Assembly: GCA_964405925.1 (NCBI GenBank)
Contig: CAYOQG010000003.1
Coordinates: forward strand, 1 to 54,957
DNA: 54,957 nucleotides
Direction: 5' to 3'
DNA from: an uncultured Phycisphaeraceae bacterium
GTDB lineage: Bacteria; Planctomycetota; Phycisphaerae; UBA1845
A program made the position numbers and the translations under genes. Of the stretch, positions 36,746 through 46,984 are shown piece by piece (the stretch's first letter is position 1; the number at the start of each line of letters is the position of its first letter). The notes beneath the pieces are model-generated. The model saw only the letters and a list, made by a program, of their open reading frames with translations, was not told where the DNA came from and searched no databases.

Positions 36746-37843
36746 ATGTTTGACTTCACGATTCAGTTTGGGACAGCTCGGACAAGCATTGCAGTCCGAC
36801 TGGATATTCTGTCCGAGGTCGGCAGGCTGCTGCGAACGCTTGCCCCTAACGATCCATGCCCGCGTTTGGGGGTCATAACGGACGCCCGCGTCGCTCCAAT
36901 CTACAGTGCGATCGTGATTCGGTCCCTGCGGGGTGCCGGGTTTGATCCGTTTCTGCATGAGCTGCCGGCGGGCGAGTCATCCAAGCAACTCGGAGTGGCG
37001 GAGTCGATGTATCAGTTACTGGCCCGATGGCAGCTCGGGCGAGACGGGATTCTCGTCGCCCTCGGTGGCGGGGTGGTGGGCGATCTGGCTGGCTTCGTCG
37101 CCGGCACATGGATGCGGGGCATTCGGTTCGCGGTTTTCCCGACCACTCTCGAAGCAGACGTGGACGCGTCGATCGGGGGAAAGACTGCCGTCAATCTTCC
37201 GGTCGGCAAGAACCTCGTCGGTGTATTCCATCAGCCGATTCTGGTGGCGATTGATCCGAAGTGTCTGCACACCCTGGACCTCCGGGACGTCCGGGCCGGC
37301 TTGGCTGAGTCGGTCAAACATGCCCTGATCTCGTCGGAGGACTTCCTCACGTGGCACGAAGATCAGGCGGACGCGATCTTGTCACTTCATGACGAGACCG
37401 TCACCGAGCTGGTTGTCAGGAACGTCAGGGTGAAGGCGGGGATCGTCGAGCAGGACGCCCGGGAGCAGACTCATACGCGGATGTTCTTGAACTTCGGGCA
37501 CACGATCGGGCACGCGATCGAGACATGCTGCGGTTTTTCGCTGCGTCATGGTGAGTGTGTGGCGCTGGGCATGTTGGCTGCCTGTAGAATGTCACTTACA
37601 ATGGGACTCCTGGAACCATCGGTCGTCGAGCGCGTGCAGGCTTTGCTGATGCGTTTCGGCCTGCCAACCGTTATGGAAACACCGATCGGGAACGACCGAA
37701 TCCTCGACGCGATCCACTACGACAAGAAGGTTCGTGGAGGAAAGGAGCAATTCGTGGTCTTGGGGGGAATCGGTCAGCCCGTCGTTCGCGATGACGTTCC
37801 CGAACCGCTGATTCGGGACTCCTATGAGTCGCTGCTTCCGTAG
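36746..37843 (+). CDS. aroB: 3-dehydroquinate synthase
   Basis: GESSK, GGGVVGDLAGF, PTT, DASIGGKTAVN, KNLVG, LNFGHTIGH, HGECV, DKK. Confidence 0.96.
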   Translation: MFDFTIQFGTARTSIAVRLDILSEVGRLLRTLAPNDPCPRLGVITDARVAPIYSAIVIRSLRGAGFDPFLHELPAGESSKQLGVAESMYQLLARWQLGRDGILVALGGGVVGDLAGFVAGTWMRGIRFAVFPTTLEADVDASIGGKTAVNLPVGKNLVGVFHQPILVAIDPKCLHTLDLRDVRAGLAESVKHALISSEDFLTWHEDQADAILSLHDETVTELVVRNVRVKAGIVEQDAREQTHTRMFLNFGHTIGHAIETCCGFSLRHGECVALGMLAACRMSLTMGLLEPSVVERVQALLMRFGLPTVMETPIGNDRILDAIHYDKKVRGGKEQFVVLGGIGQPVVRDDVPEPLIRDSYESLLP

Positions 37844-37947
37844 TCTAATCGGCGCTTGGCCTCCTCGCGGGCTCCCGACAGCGTCGGGTCCATTTCTGTC
37901 CGCGGCCCGGCGGATGATCCTGAAAACGGTGTCAGATCGACGCGCAT

Positions 37948-40900
37948 CTACGGACAGATCCCATCTGCCGTGGGCAGCCTTGTGTCAGTCCATGGGTCAA
38001 ACTGGTCGCCGCCGTTCAGAAGGTCGATTGTCCGCAGCATGTCGGCCGGTGTGACAGTTCCGGTTCGGTTAATGTCGCAGCGGTAGAGCATCTGATCGGG
38101 GCTCGGCCCGGCTTGGCATTGTTGATTCAGACAGCAGTCGACCATGGCGACCAGGTCATTCGGGTCGCTGGCGTCGTCACCGTTCACGTTTGCGGGGTGC
38201 GAGATGAACGTTCCCGTGTAGGATGCCCCGCCGTCTGCGGTGTAGGTGATTGTGGTCAGACCGCCCGCCGATATCGGTCTTAACAAGCCCAAGGTGAAGC
38301 TGCCGTCACCGTTATCGACGATGCTGGTGACGTTGTTTTCTAGGTCTTCGATAACCGTCTCACAGGTTGCCCAGCATCTCAGGTTGTCCGCCCCGGTGGG
38401 CGCTTCGACGATAATGGTGTCAATGCCCTGTCTGTTCGCTGCGGCCGCAGGTTCGTGCGGCTGGCGGGCATCAATGATTCCGTCGGGTGGGCTGACAAAG
38501 GTAACCACACCGTCCGGGCACGGCTCGCCGCACAGAGTGGGACACAGGATCTCGGCACCACATCCGGAACCCCCCACACCCGTGCCTGCACAGTTGTCGT
38601 CCCAGGCGACCTCACAACAAAAGGCATCACAAGCGCAGACGGTCTCGCAGCACAGTTCGTCGACGCAACCCGGTGTGCCTGCACTTTCGCAGCAGTCCGA
38701 AGAACCGGGACACGCGGGGTTGTCGGGCAACCCGCAGACCACGTTGAACAACCCTGGACCGCCCGCCGTCTCGGACGGCGTGCCTATACGGATCAGATAG
38801 TCTTGGCCGGCTACTGCGGTGAAGGATACCTGTGACTGCACCGGCTGATCCTCAAACCCACAGAAGTTGTCGTTACATGACAGAAGGTTGTCGCCAACGG
38901 GTGGTGGGCACGTATCACAGCCTTCGTAGACCGCCAGCTTGGTGTCGACGTCCGTCCGTCCGCACGTCCGCACGTAAACCTTATCTGTGCAGCTAGCCGT
39001 CCAACAGTACCAGACGTCACCAAAGATCTGTTGCTCTGCGTCGCCATCCCCGCACGCCTCGTGCGGTGGACCATCCGTGGTCGCCATGGTATTGTCGAAC
39101 GGGAAGTCACCTTCTCCGGTGACGGGCTCCGCCTCGACACAATGATCGTTCAACAGCGGGGCAAAACAGACGTCGATCGCACCGCCGGCGCAGATGTCAT
39201 CCCATTCGATGGTGCAACAGTCTGAGTCAAATGTGCAGACCGCCTCGCAGCAAAAGGCGTCTTCGCATCCCGGAGTTCCGTTGGCCGAGTAGCAGTCACC
39301 CGTAGCTCCCGAGCATTCAGGGCGGGGACATTCGAAATCGGAGCAGAACTTGCCCCAGGCCACGTCTCCGCCGAGACTCTCACACTGCTCGGGTGGCATG
39401 TCGTTGCAATTGCCAAGCCAGCAACAAGCGCTGGTTCCGCAAGGCGGAAAGAACTGCGCAGATTCGCAGGTCGCTCCGGCCTCCCAACGCCCGTCGCACT
39501 GTGCCAGCGTGATATCGTCGATGCACGTCCCGGCAGCATCGCTGCAGCATGCTCCCGTCGGCGGCGAACCTTGACACCACACCTGGATGTGAAAACTCCC
39601 CGCGGGATTACAGGGTGGAACGCGCGGACAGTTTTCCGGATTGAATCCATCGAACCAAAAGTTGGCGGCCCATTCGTCAGGTGCGTCTGGGTCGTTGAAA
39701 ACCGCAAAAGCGTCTCTTGTGGTCCCCGTGTCCGCCATACCACCGAGCAATGGCCCGGCAAGGTTGGAACTCGTGGAGAACACCACCCAGACTCTCTCGG
39801 GCAGGGTGATCCCTTCAAAGGGGCCCGCCAGCAGGGTGTGCGTCGTGAGATCAGACGGGATGTTTGTGAACTCCGCTGCCGTGCCGGTAATGGGCGCGAG
39901 TGGCAGATCGTCCCGCTCGTCGAGAGGCGTGCCCATGTCGTTGTTTGTCCAGATCTCCATGGACAAACCGAAGGGCTCGTTTCCCTCGCCGGTGACGGCC
40001 AGGTTGTAGGCAGCGACGTCGCATGGGGCGCCTGGTCCGAGGAGCAGGTCGTCGGCCCACATGGTGTCCGTTTCCACGAAATAGTAGTACCCCGTTCGGA
40101 AGCTGTTTTCGAACACCTTAAAAGTGGGATTGCAAGGGCTCTCGGCGCAGGTAGCCCCCGGGTGGAAGACCTCGAACCCACCCGTGCATCGGGCCTCTGT
40201 CGTATCCCTGCAATCTGTAAAGTCATCGCCAGAGCAACACGCGCCCGGCAAGCAAGGGTTGGGCGTACACGTGGTGAAAGCACCCTGCCAGATCCCGCCG
40301 GTGGTGATACAATCCGCCTCGATTAACTCGGTGCAAGTGACATCATCACAGCACGCCCCGGGCGGGTCCGGAAACTCTGAACAGTTGATGTTAGCCCAGA
40401 ATCCACCGTAAGGATCACCCCCGGTAACGGATAGAAGGACGCAGCCGAGAACCTGGTCGTCCTCCGACCAGAAGTCGCCGGTGAAACCGATCTCTGCCTC
40501 CTCGGCAAAAACCCAGCCGGAGTCGTCCGTCGAGAAGGTGGCTGCCAACCAGACTGTGGTGGGGATCGTCACCGGTGTATCAAGCGTCACTTCCAACGTT
40601 GTGGTGGTGAGAGCCGGCACATCGAGGAACTCGGCTTCGGTGCCGGCGATGATCGAGGACTCAGGGTTGCATGGATCACCGTTCCACAGCGCGGTGTCGA
40701 CGTTAAACACGGGGCTGCTGGTACCCTGGGAAAAGACCATCAGATCATAGAAAGCGACATCGCAGGGTCCGGAGCCGAGCTTGATGTCATCGGCCATCCG
40801 CTCACCTGCACGAGGTGCGTAGAAGAGTGATGGCGGGTCGATCTCATTACTGTAGACGATGATCCCGGGTGGCGCGCCCGCGACACTGCCGCCGCTGCCG

Positions 40901-41115
40901 AGTCGGTTTGGCGTCGTATTCTCGATGTTGATCGGCGTTGGCTGGATCGCGGCAACCGCCTTTGAAGTGACTAGCTGTGTTGTTTCTTTCCCTTGCGTCT
41001 TGCCTGAAACGGTATTCCTGCCCCGCGGAATGCGCCCCGCGTCCGAGGCAGCACTCGATATGACGGCGCAAACGCAGGCAATTACCAGACAAGTGTGACC
41101 TACCCTACGTTGCAT
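37948..41115 (-). CDS. Large secreted Cys-rich modular protein with a C-terminal Ig-like plus dockerin-like module
   Basis: Signal peptide, duplicated ADD..L..PCDVA.Y domain, four xACC repeats, two GTPGC.D..CC..VC..D..CC...WD..C repeats, NDHC...DVWY...DTKLAVY domain, IDARQP and NVNGD/DINRTG loops. Confidence 0.85.
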   Translation of the reverse strand: MQRRVGHTCLVIACVCAVISSAASDAGRIPRGRNTVSGKTQGKETTQLVTSKAVAAIQPTPINIENTTPNRLGSGGSVAGAPPGIIVYSNEIDPPSLFYAPRAGERMADDIKLGSGPCDVAFYDLMVFSQGTSSPVFNVDTALWNGDPCNPESSIIAGTEAEFLDVPALTTTTLEVTLDTPVTIPTTVWLAATFSTDDSGWVFAEEAEIGFTGDFWSEDDQVLGCVLLSVTGGDPYGGFWANINCSEFPDPPGACCDDVTCTELIEADCITTGGIWQGAFTTCTPNPCLPGACCSGDDFTDCRDTTEARCTGGFEVFHPGATCAESPCNPTFKVFENSFRTGYYYFVETDTMWADDLLLGPGAPCDVAAYNLAVTGEGNEPFGLSMEIWTNNDMGTPLDERDDLPLAPITGTAAEFTNIPSDLTTHTLLAGPFEGITLPERVWVVFSTSSNLAGPLLGGMADTGTTRDAFAVFNDPDAPDEWAANFWFDGFNPENCPRVPPCNPAGSFHIQVWCQGSPPTGACCSDAAGTCIDDITLAQCDGRWEAGATCESAQFFPPCGTSACCWLGNCNDMPPEQCESLGGDVAWGKFCSDFECPRPECSGATGDCYSANGTPGCEDAFCCEAVCTFDSDCCTIEWDDICAGGAIDVCFAPLLNDHCVEAEPVTGEGDFPFDNTMATTDGPPHEACGDGDAEQQIFGDVWYCWTASCTDKVYVRTCGRTDVDTKLAVYEGCDTCPPPVGDNLLSCNDNFCGFEDQPVQSQVSFTAVAGQDYLIRIGTPSETAGGPGLFNVVCGLPDNPACPGSSDCCESAGTPGCVDELCCETVCACDAFCCEVAWDDNCAGTGVGGSGCGAEILCPTLCGEPCPDGVVTFVSPPDGIIDARQPHEPAAAANRQGIDTIIVEAPTGADNLRCWATCETVIEDLENNVTSIVDNGDGSFTLGLLRPISAGGLTTITYTADGGASYTGTFISHPANVNGDDASDPNDLVAMVDCCLNQQCQAGPSPDQMLYRCDINRTGTVTPADMLRTIDLLNGGDQFDPWTDTRLPTADGICP

Positions 41116-41970
41116 CGTTTCCACCTTTTTTGCGTCTTGTCACAGAACCTTGGCACAACTGCCGATGAGCCAATTCCGATAGCGCCTTCCACCTCGCCGT
41201 ACTATCGGACGGCGCAAGTCATAACACGGACGAACCCAAAGGTTATTCATCGGCCCCACCATTTCATGGGTACAGTTCCCGCTCCCCGAGGACCGTGACG
41301 AGAGTTCACTCCATTTGACCGCGAAAGAACCCGGTGGGCAACCGACGCTCTTGGGGTTACGCTCGCTGCTTCTATCGGGCTGTCGCGGTTGGTACCCCTG
41401 GTGTGGTGCTCTCGATCCCCTGTTCACGAGTTATCGAGACCTCGGGCGGCCAACAACGGCTGCCCGAGGCGCGAGGCTAAGCTCCAGCGTCTCCCCATCC
41501 CTGTCCGCCCCACACGTTCTCGGTCCACCAGATCTGCCGCTATCGCGTGTGCTGCCCTGCACAGGATCCGGAGCGGCCGTGACGCTCAGAGGATGATAGG
41601 GACGGAGGGACCGAATAGTAAAGGTCCGGGGCCCTTTACGCTCGTGGGTGTCATCCCCTGAATCACCGGTTGAATCCGACTTCCTGGACGGTCCAGTAAT
41701 CTCTCCACTGCGCTGTCCGTTTTTCTGACACACCGTTTGAACCGCGGTCGGACGGAGTCGGCAACGCTCCCACCACACGCTGGGGGCCTGAGTCTGTCCG
41801 CTGGAATCGTGGGGTGGCCAGCCCCGCTGCAGGATACGACGAATCCCACCGATTTCCAAGCAATCCCTGCCGCGTCATGGGTCGTGTCCACCGAAGGGCA
41901 GACAATACCGGGCTGTGGCGGCCTCGCCGGCGCAGCCTCACGCGTCCGTCGTGGAGCGGTGATTGGCGGG

Positions 41971-43875
41971 TCAGGTTGTCTTTCGACTGCGGGATCGGGT
42001 GGGCTTTCTGCGGGTGAACGGTATCGTCAGTCGATAAGCGCCTTCCTCGAGCTCGCTTTCGACGGGATAACCGCAACGATGGAAGACACGCAACATGCCG
42101 TGGTTTTCAACCAGCACGTCAGCGGTAAAGCCGGCGATGCCGTGGGCGACGGCTGCGTCAACCAGGTTCTTCATCAGTTGGGTCCCGATCCCCTTACCCT
42201 GCCAATCATCCCGCACCAAAAACGCAGCATCGGCAAAGTTGGTCCGCGGGTCCTTGCTGTAGTGGACGATGCCGATGATCGGCGATCCTTCTGCGATGCC
42301 TGTCAGCACGACCAGTGCCATGTCTGCGTCGTAGTCGACACGAAGGAATTCCTGAAGCTTCTCGTGGGGCATGGCTTTGATCATTCTGAAAAAGCGATAA
42401 TGGATCGACTCGGGGGAGAGCTTGTAGAACATGTCCCTCAGAAGCGACTCGTCCGTCAGCTTCAGCGGCCTTAGGAAAACACGCGACTTATCCTTCAGCT
42501 CGATCCATCGCTCGAGTTCATCGGGATAGACCGGGGTCTGCATGGGCAGCTCGATCTGATCAGGATAGACGAGCTTTCGGGCCTTCGCCTCAGAGAGCAG
42601 CCACGGGCGAAACTTGGGGTGGGCAATCTGAATGAGAGCCATGGCACGCTCGCGGATGTTCTTGCCGTGCAGATAGGCAGCCCCGTACTCGGTCACGACG
42701 TAATGAACATCGCCGCGGCTGGTGACAACACCCGCGCCTTGCTTCAGATAGGGAACGATTCGGGAGAAGTTATCATTTTGGGCGGTGGCGGGCAGGGCAA
42801 TAATGGGCTTGCCGCCCTTGGACCGAGACGCGCCTCGCGTAAAGTCCACTTGTCCGCCAATCCCGCTGTAAAAAAGTGTGCCCAGCGAATCGGCACACAC
42901 CTGTCCCGTGAGGTCAACCTCGATGGCAGCGTTGATGGAGATCATCTTCTCGTTTTGGGCGACGATGAACGGGTCATTCGTATACTCGGTGGGGTGGAAC
43001 TCGATCAAGGGGTTGTTGTCGATGAAGTCGTAGAGCCTCCGGGAGCCCATGACGAAGCTGGCGACGATCTTTCCTCGATGCAGGGTCTTTTCCGAATTGG
43101 TGATCACACCCTTCTCGATCAAGGGGATGATGCCGTCGCTGAACATCTCCGTGTGGATGCCGAGATTCTTGAAGTTTTGAAGGTAGTGGAGAACCGCGTC
43201 GGGAATGGTCCCGATGCCGAGCTGAAGGGTGGCGTTATCCTCGACGAGGTTGGCGATGTGCCGGGCGATCCGCCTGGCGAGCTCGTCCGGTTCGCCCTGA
43301 GGTGCTTCAAGAATCGACCGATCGCTCGGCACCAGCTTGTCGATGTCCCGAACGTGGATGAAGCAATCGCCGAGCACCCGCGGCATCTGACTGTTGACCT
43401 CAGCGATGACGACCCGGGCGCATTCCGCACCGGCTTTGACGATGTCCGTCGATACCCCATAGCTGCAATAACCGTGCTCGTCCGGCTCGCTTACCGCGAT
43501 CAGGGCTACGTCAATCACCACTCGACCGCTTCGGAAGAGCCGCGGGATCTCGGAGAGAAAGATCGGCGTATAGTCTGCCCGCCCCTGGGCGACGGCTTCT
43601 CGAACGTTGGGGCCTATGAAGTAGGCGTTATGCCTGAACTGGCTTCCGAAACGCGGTTCGGCATAGGGGGCGACGCCCAGCGTCAGGATATGCACGAGTT
43701 CCGCGTCGCTCAGATCGCTGCGGGCGGATAGTGCCTCGACGAGGACCTGCGGCTCGCCCGCACCGGAGCCGATGAAAACCCGCTGACCATGTCGAACCGA
43801 CGCGACCGCTTCTTCGCCTGTCGTCACTTTGTCGGCGTAGCGCTCTTGCCATGCCTGGATCTGTTTTGCGCTCAT
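41971..43875 (-). CDS. Acetyl-CoA hydrolase/4-hydroxybutyrate CoA-transferase family protein fused to a C-terminal GNAT acetyltransferase
   Basis: LQLGIG.IP, HTEMFSDG, SGIGGQVDF, VTEYG. C-terminal SIHYRFF, VRDDWQGKGIGT, N.GML.VF. Confidence 0.93.
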   Translation of the reverse strand: MSAKQIQAWQERYADKVTTGEEAVASVRHGQRVFIGSGAGEPQVLVEALSARSDLSDAELVHILTLGVAPYAEPRFGSQFRHNAYFIGPNVREAVAQGRADYTPIFLSEIPRLFRSGRVVIDVALIAVSEPDEHGYCSYGVSTDIVKAGAECARVVIAEVNSQMPRVLGDCFIHVRDIDKLVPSDRSILEAPQGEPDELARRIARHIANLVEDNATLQLGIGTIPDAVLHYLQNFKNLGIHTEMFSDGIIPLIEKGVITNSEKTLHRGKIVASFVMGSRRLYDFIDNNPLIEFHPTEYTNDPFIVAQNEKMISINAAIEVDLTGQVCADSLGTLFYSGIGGQVDFTRGASRSKGGKPIIALPATAQNDNFSRIVPYLKQGAGVVTSRGDVHYVVTEYGAAYLHGKNIRERAMALIQIAHPKFRPWLLSEAKARKLVYPDQIELPMQTPVYPDELERWIELKDKSRVFLRPLKLTDESLLRDMFYKLSPESIHYRFFRMIKAMPHEKLQEFLRVDYDADMALVVLTGIAEGSPIIGIVHYSKDPRTNFADAAFLVRDDWQGKGIGTQLMKNLVDAAVAHGIAGFTADVLVENHGMLRVFHRCGYPVESELEEGAYRLTIPFTRRKPTRSRSRKTT

Positions 43876-44134
43876 GTCTGGCCCTTTGCCCGATAGTCAT
43901 TCGGTCCATGTGTGCTTAGCCCTGTGGTGCCCCGGCATCGCCCACCGCACTGACGACGCCCGAAGCACCTTCCTATCGTTCCGGGCTGCAATCTGCGTAC
44001 CGGACCGGCTAGGGACTTAATACTAGAAGCTACAGGCTGGGGACGGCGTCCGGGCAGGCCCCTGGTCACGAGCGACCGTCGCGTTTGCCCACGCAGCAAA
44101 GAAGAGGGCAGGCAGCAGCGCGTCAGGACGGACG

Positions 44135-45976
44135 TTACTGCTCATCGAGCTTCCGCAGTTGCCGCTCGATCCGACCGACGTTGAGGGAATCCTTGCTTCG
44201 TCGGGCGAGATCGAGAGCCCGATCCAGCGTCACCCTCGCTTCCTGTTTGCGACCCACGTGGGCGAGCACTTCTCCCTTCTTGAGATGCGCATAGTAGTAG
44301 TCGGGCGAAAGGGCGAGGGCGCGGTCGTAATTCTCAAGAGCTTCCTCAGGTTGTCCGAGGTCGCGATAGGCGTTGGCGAGGTTGATGAAGTTGGCGCGGT
44401 AGCTGGTTCTCGGGACGGTCTGGTACACCAGGATGTAACCCGGTATCAGGAGGGCCACCAGCACCACCAGCTGCCGCCATCGTCCGGAGACAAGCTGGTG
44501 ACAGACCCAGGTCAATGTCGCGGCTGCATAGATCATAAGGAATGGAACCATCACTAGGCGGTACCTGGCGATGACAAAGAACGCGAGGAGACCGGCTACT
44601 TGCGCTATGACAAACGCATACAGCAAACCGTGCTCTCTCCAACGTCGCCATGAGACGATCATGCCCGCGACCGCCAGCGGAAGAATCACACCAAAGGTCA
44701 GAAGCGGGAGATGCAAGAGTTTCGAGAATCGCTTTGAGAAGTAGTAATTGCGATTGTTGGGCACCTCGTAGGCGTTGACGATGTACTTGAGCTTGTTTCC
44801 TTCCAGGGTGAGCCACCCGCTAATGTTGCCCTGGATCTCTTCCACCGTCTTGCTAGTCCAGAAGCGCGATATTTCTGATGGTTTGACGTCGTCTCGTCCC
44901 AGTTCCTGCCTTGCGACGTCGGGGAAATTGGCTTCTTGATCGCGCACGCTGAGCCCCATGGGTCGGCCCTTGTAGTGAGCGCTGTTCATGTAGAGCCCTC
45001 TGGAACGGGCGTTGTTTCCGATGAAGAGGTTCGCACCCGCGTTGGACGTCAGCAGCACAAGGTCACCGCCGATCATCCAGTTGTGCAAGATTACAGGCGA
45101 GATGGTCACGAAAAACATGAGCGTGAAGCACGCGCAGGCAGGCAGCCACTTTTTCCAGCGGTAAAAACCGAGCCCGGCAATGATGGCCAAAACGGCAAGC
45201 GGTCCAAAGAGGACCACGTTTCCCCGCCCGCAGGCCGAGAGCCCGAAGCACAGACCTGCGGTTAGCCACTTCCAAATGGCGGGCTTTCGCGACCCAGATA
45301 CCATCAGCACCAGCATCAATAAATCGAGAAAGATGATCAGCGTAGCCCCAAGGATCAGACAGCTATAGAAGATGAACATGCCGTAGCACGCCGTGAAGAG
45401 CCCCGCAATCACCCCAGTGGCTGAGCCCAAGAGCTGCCTCCCCAAGTGATAGACAAGCCCCGCAGAAAGCGCTGATAGCAAGATCTGTACAACACACGCC
45501 GAAAGTGGGGACGGGCCTGTCACACTGTAAATGACTGCGAGAAAGTAAGGATACAGCGGTCCCAGATAGAACACCGGATTGCTCTTTCCCAACCAGTCGT
45601 CCTCTATGATCTTGACGGCCCAATGGTGGTACATGAACGGGTCCGTGTGCAGGTGCCTGAAGAACGGTGTACCGCTGACTTCGAACAGGTGCACCAAACG
45701 TAAGATAAGTGCGAGTCCAACGACGATCCAGAAAGCGATAGCGTATCGATTGAGAAACTCGAACCGTGAACCCAAACGTTCGAGGACTTCTGATCCGAAG
45801 GTCTGACCGATCGGACGATCGCCCTGATCTCGATCGGTTGGCGACCGAAGCCCCAGTTGGCTCAGGGCGCGCTCGACATCGGCGGGGCGCAGCTTCAGGC
45901 GATGTGCCATCTGCGCTATGGACATCCGCTCGTAGTGCTTACGGATGAATCGCTTCTGGTTCTTGTTGAGTTTCAC
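44135..45976 (-). CDS. GT39/ArnT-PMT-like integral membrane glycosyltransferase with C-terminal TPR and N-terminal HTH-like extension
   Basis: DPFMYHHWA, PLYPYFLA, multiple TM helices, GANLFIGNN, RYRL. TPR NLANAY...EEALENYDRAL. Confidence 0.85.
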   Translation of the reverse strand: MKLNKNQKRFIRKHYERMSIAQMAHRLKLRPADVERALSQLGLRSPTDRDQGDRPIGQTFGSEVLERLGSRFEFLNRYAIAFWIVVGLALILRLVHLFEVSGTPFFRHLHTDPFMYHHWAVKIIEDDWLGKSNPVFYLGPLYPYFLAVIYSVTGPSPLSACVVQILLSALSAGLVYHLGRQLLGSATGVIAGLFTACYGMFIFYSCLILGATLIIFLDLLMLVLMVSGSRKPAIWKWLTAGLCFGLSACGRGNVVLFGPLAVLAIIAGLGFYRWKKWLPACACFTLMFFVTISPVILHNWMIGGDLVLLTSNAGANLFIGNNARSRGLYMNSAHYKGRPMGLSVRDQEANFPDVARQELGRDDVKPSEISRFWTSKTVEEIQGNISGWLTLEGNKLKYIVNAYEVPNNRNYYFSKRFSKLLHLPLLTFGVILPLAVAGMIVSWRRWREHGLLYAFVIAQVAGLLAFFVIARYRLVMVPFLMIYAAATLTWVCHQLVSGRWRQLVVLVALLIPGYILVYQTVPRTSYRANFINLANAYRDLGQPEEALENYDRALALSPDYYYAHLKKGEVLAHVGRKQEARVTLDRALDLARRSKDSLNVGRIERQLRKLDEQ

Positions 45977-45985
45977 CTGCTTGCC

Positions 45986-46984
45986 TTATGACGTTGTCTT
46001 CTCAAGGAACGTTCGGATGACAGGCAGAATGCGCTCATGCGCGTCCTCGACAACGTAGTGCCCGGCGTTATCGAACCGGTGGACGGAAGCGCTTGGGAAC
46101 TGTCTGATCCATTCGGAAAGAAACTGCTCCGTGAAGCAGAAATCTCTCATGCCCCATAGGATGATCATTGGCCGATCTTCAAGCAGCGGCAGTTTGGCTT
46201 CAATACCCTGAATCACGCGGTGGCTGGGGATGCGGGTGCTCAAAGGAATGTCACGCACGAAGCACTGGATACCGACGCGACTGGCAACGCTGTCGTACGG
46301 TAGCAAGTACCCTTCTGCGACTGATGGTGCCATCCTCTTGCGCTTGGCACAGGCCATCCACAACGCCGCCCGAGCGAAGGCGTTGAGACGGCGGACGGCG
46401 ACATCTGAGACCAACGGCCAGCGACAGATGCGAATACGCAGGGGCATCCGACCTCGAAGAAACACCGCCGTGTTGAAGACAATAAACCGCCCAACGCGAT
46501 GACGGTGGCGCGTGGCCCACCCGAACCCGATGGGCCCACCCCAATCATGCACCGCCAATGTCACGTCATGCAGGTTCAGATGATCGATGAGCCGCTCGAG
46601 GTTGTCGATGTGTGTTGACAAAGTATAAGGGTATTCTTGCGGTTTATCCGACAACCCGCAGCCAATATGGTCTGGGACGATGACGCGGTACCGATCACGC
46701 AGTCCTTTAATCAGCTCACGGTAGTAAAAGGACCAGGTTGGGTTCCCATGGAGCATAACGATCGGTGACCCTGCGCCTTCGTCAATATAGTGCATGAAGC
46801 CACCGATGACCTCGAGATAGTGGGAATCAAAGGGGTATAGTCCACCGAGTCGAGCCAGTCTTGGATCGCGTCTGGTTGGTCCTTCCCCGGTTGATGGCGA
46901 GTCGGGAGACACGTTTGGCTCCGGTGTGGAGATGCCGCGATCACCAGTGGTTGTCGATGGCTGGACTGGCATGGGTGAAATCAC
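45986..46984 (-). CDS. oleB: OleB-like alpha/beta hydrolase (beta-lactone decarboxylase, haloalkane dehalogenase family)
   Basis: YPF, HGNPTWSFYYR, PDHIGCGLSDKP, HDWGG, WG.RDF.F, GHYVVED. GTGA overlap with oleA. Confidence 0.82.
   Translation of the reverse strand: MISPMPVQPSTTTGDRGISTPEPNVSPDSPSTGEGPTRRDPRLARLGGLYPFDSHYLEVIGGFMHYIDEGAGSPIVMLHGNPTWSFYYRELIKGLRDRYRVIVPDHIGCGLSDKPQEYPYTLSTHIDNLERLIDHLNLHDVTLAVHDWGGPIGFGWATRHRHRVGRFIVFNTAVFLRGRMPLRIRICRWPLVSDVAVRRLNAFARAALWMACAKRKRMAPSVAEGYLLPYDSVASRVGIQCFVRDIPLSTRIPSHRVIQGIEAKLPLLEDRPMIILWGMRDFCFTEQFLSEWIRQFPSASVHRFDNAGHYVVEDAHERILPVIRTFLEKTTS

Noticed and set aside
39150..40283. 377 aa same-strand alternative-frame ORF
   Set aside because: Nested in the 37948 gene; Arg/Pro/Ser-rich off-frame composition
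41120..41170. Possible c-di-GMP riboswitch or sigma54 site (GACGCAAA, TTGGCAC)
   Set aside because: Only partial motif matches; required partner elements and spacing are absent
41140..42474. Several short ORFs in the large intergenic gap
   Set aside because: Mutually overlapping, with no RBS or recognisable domains
42619..43731. 370 aa plus-strand ORF (and 52173-53042)
   Set aside because: Antisense shadows of the CoA-transferase and ptsI
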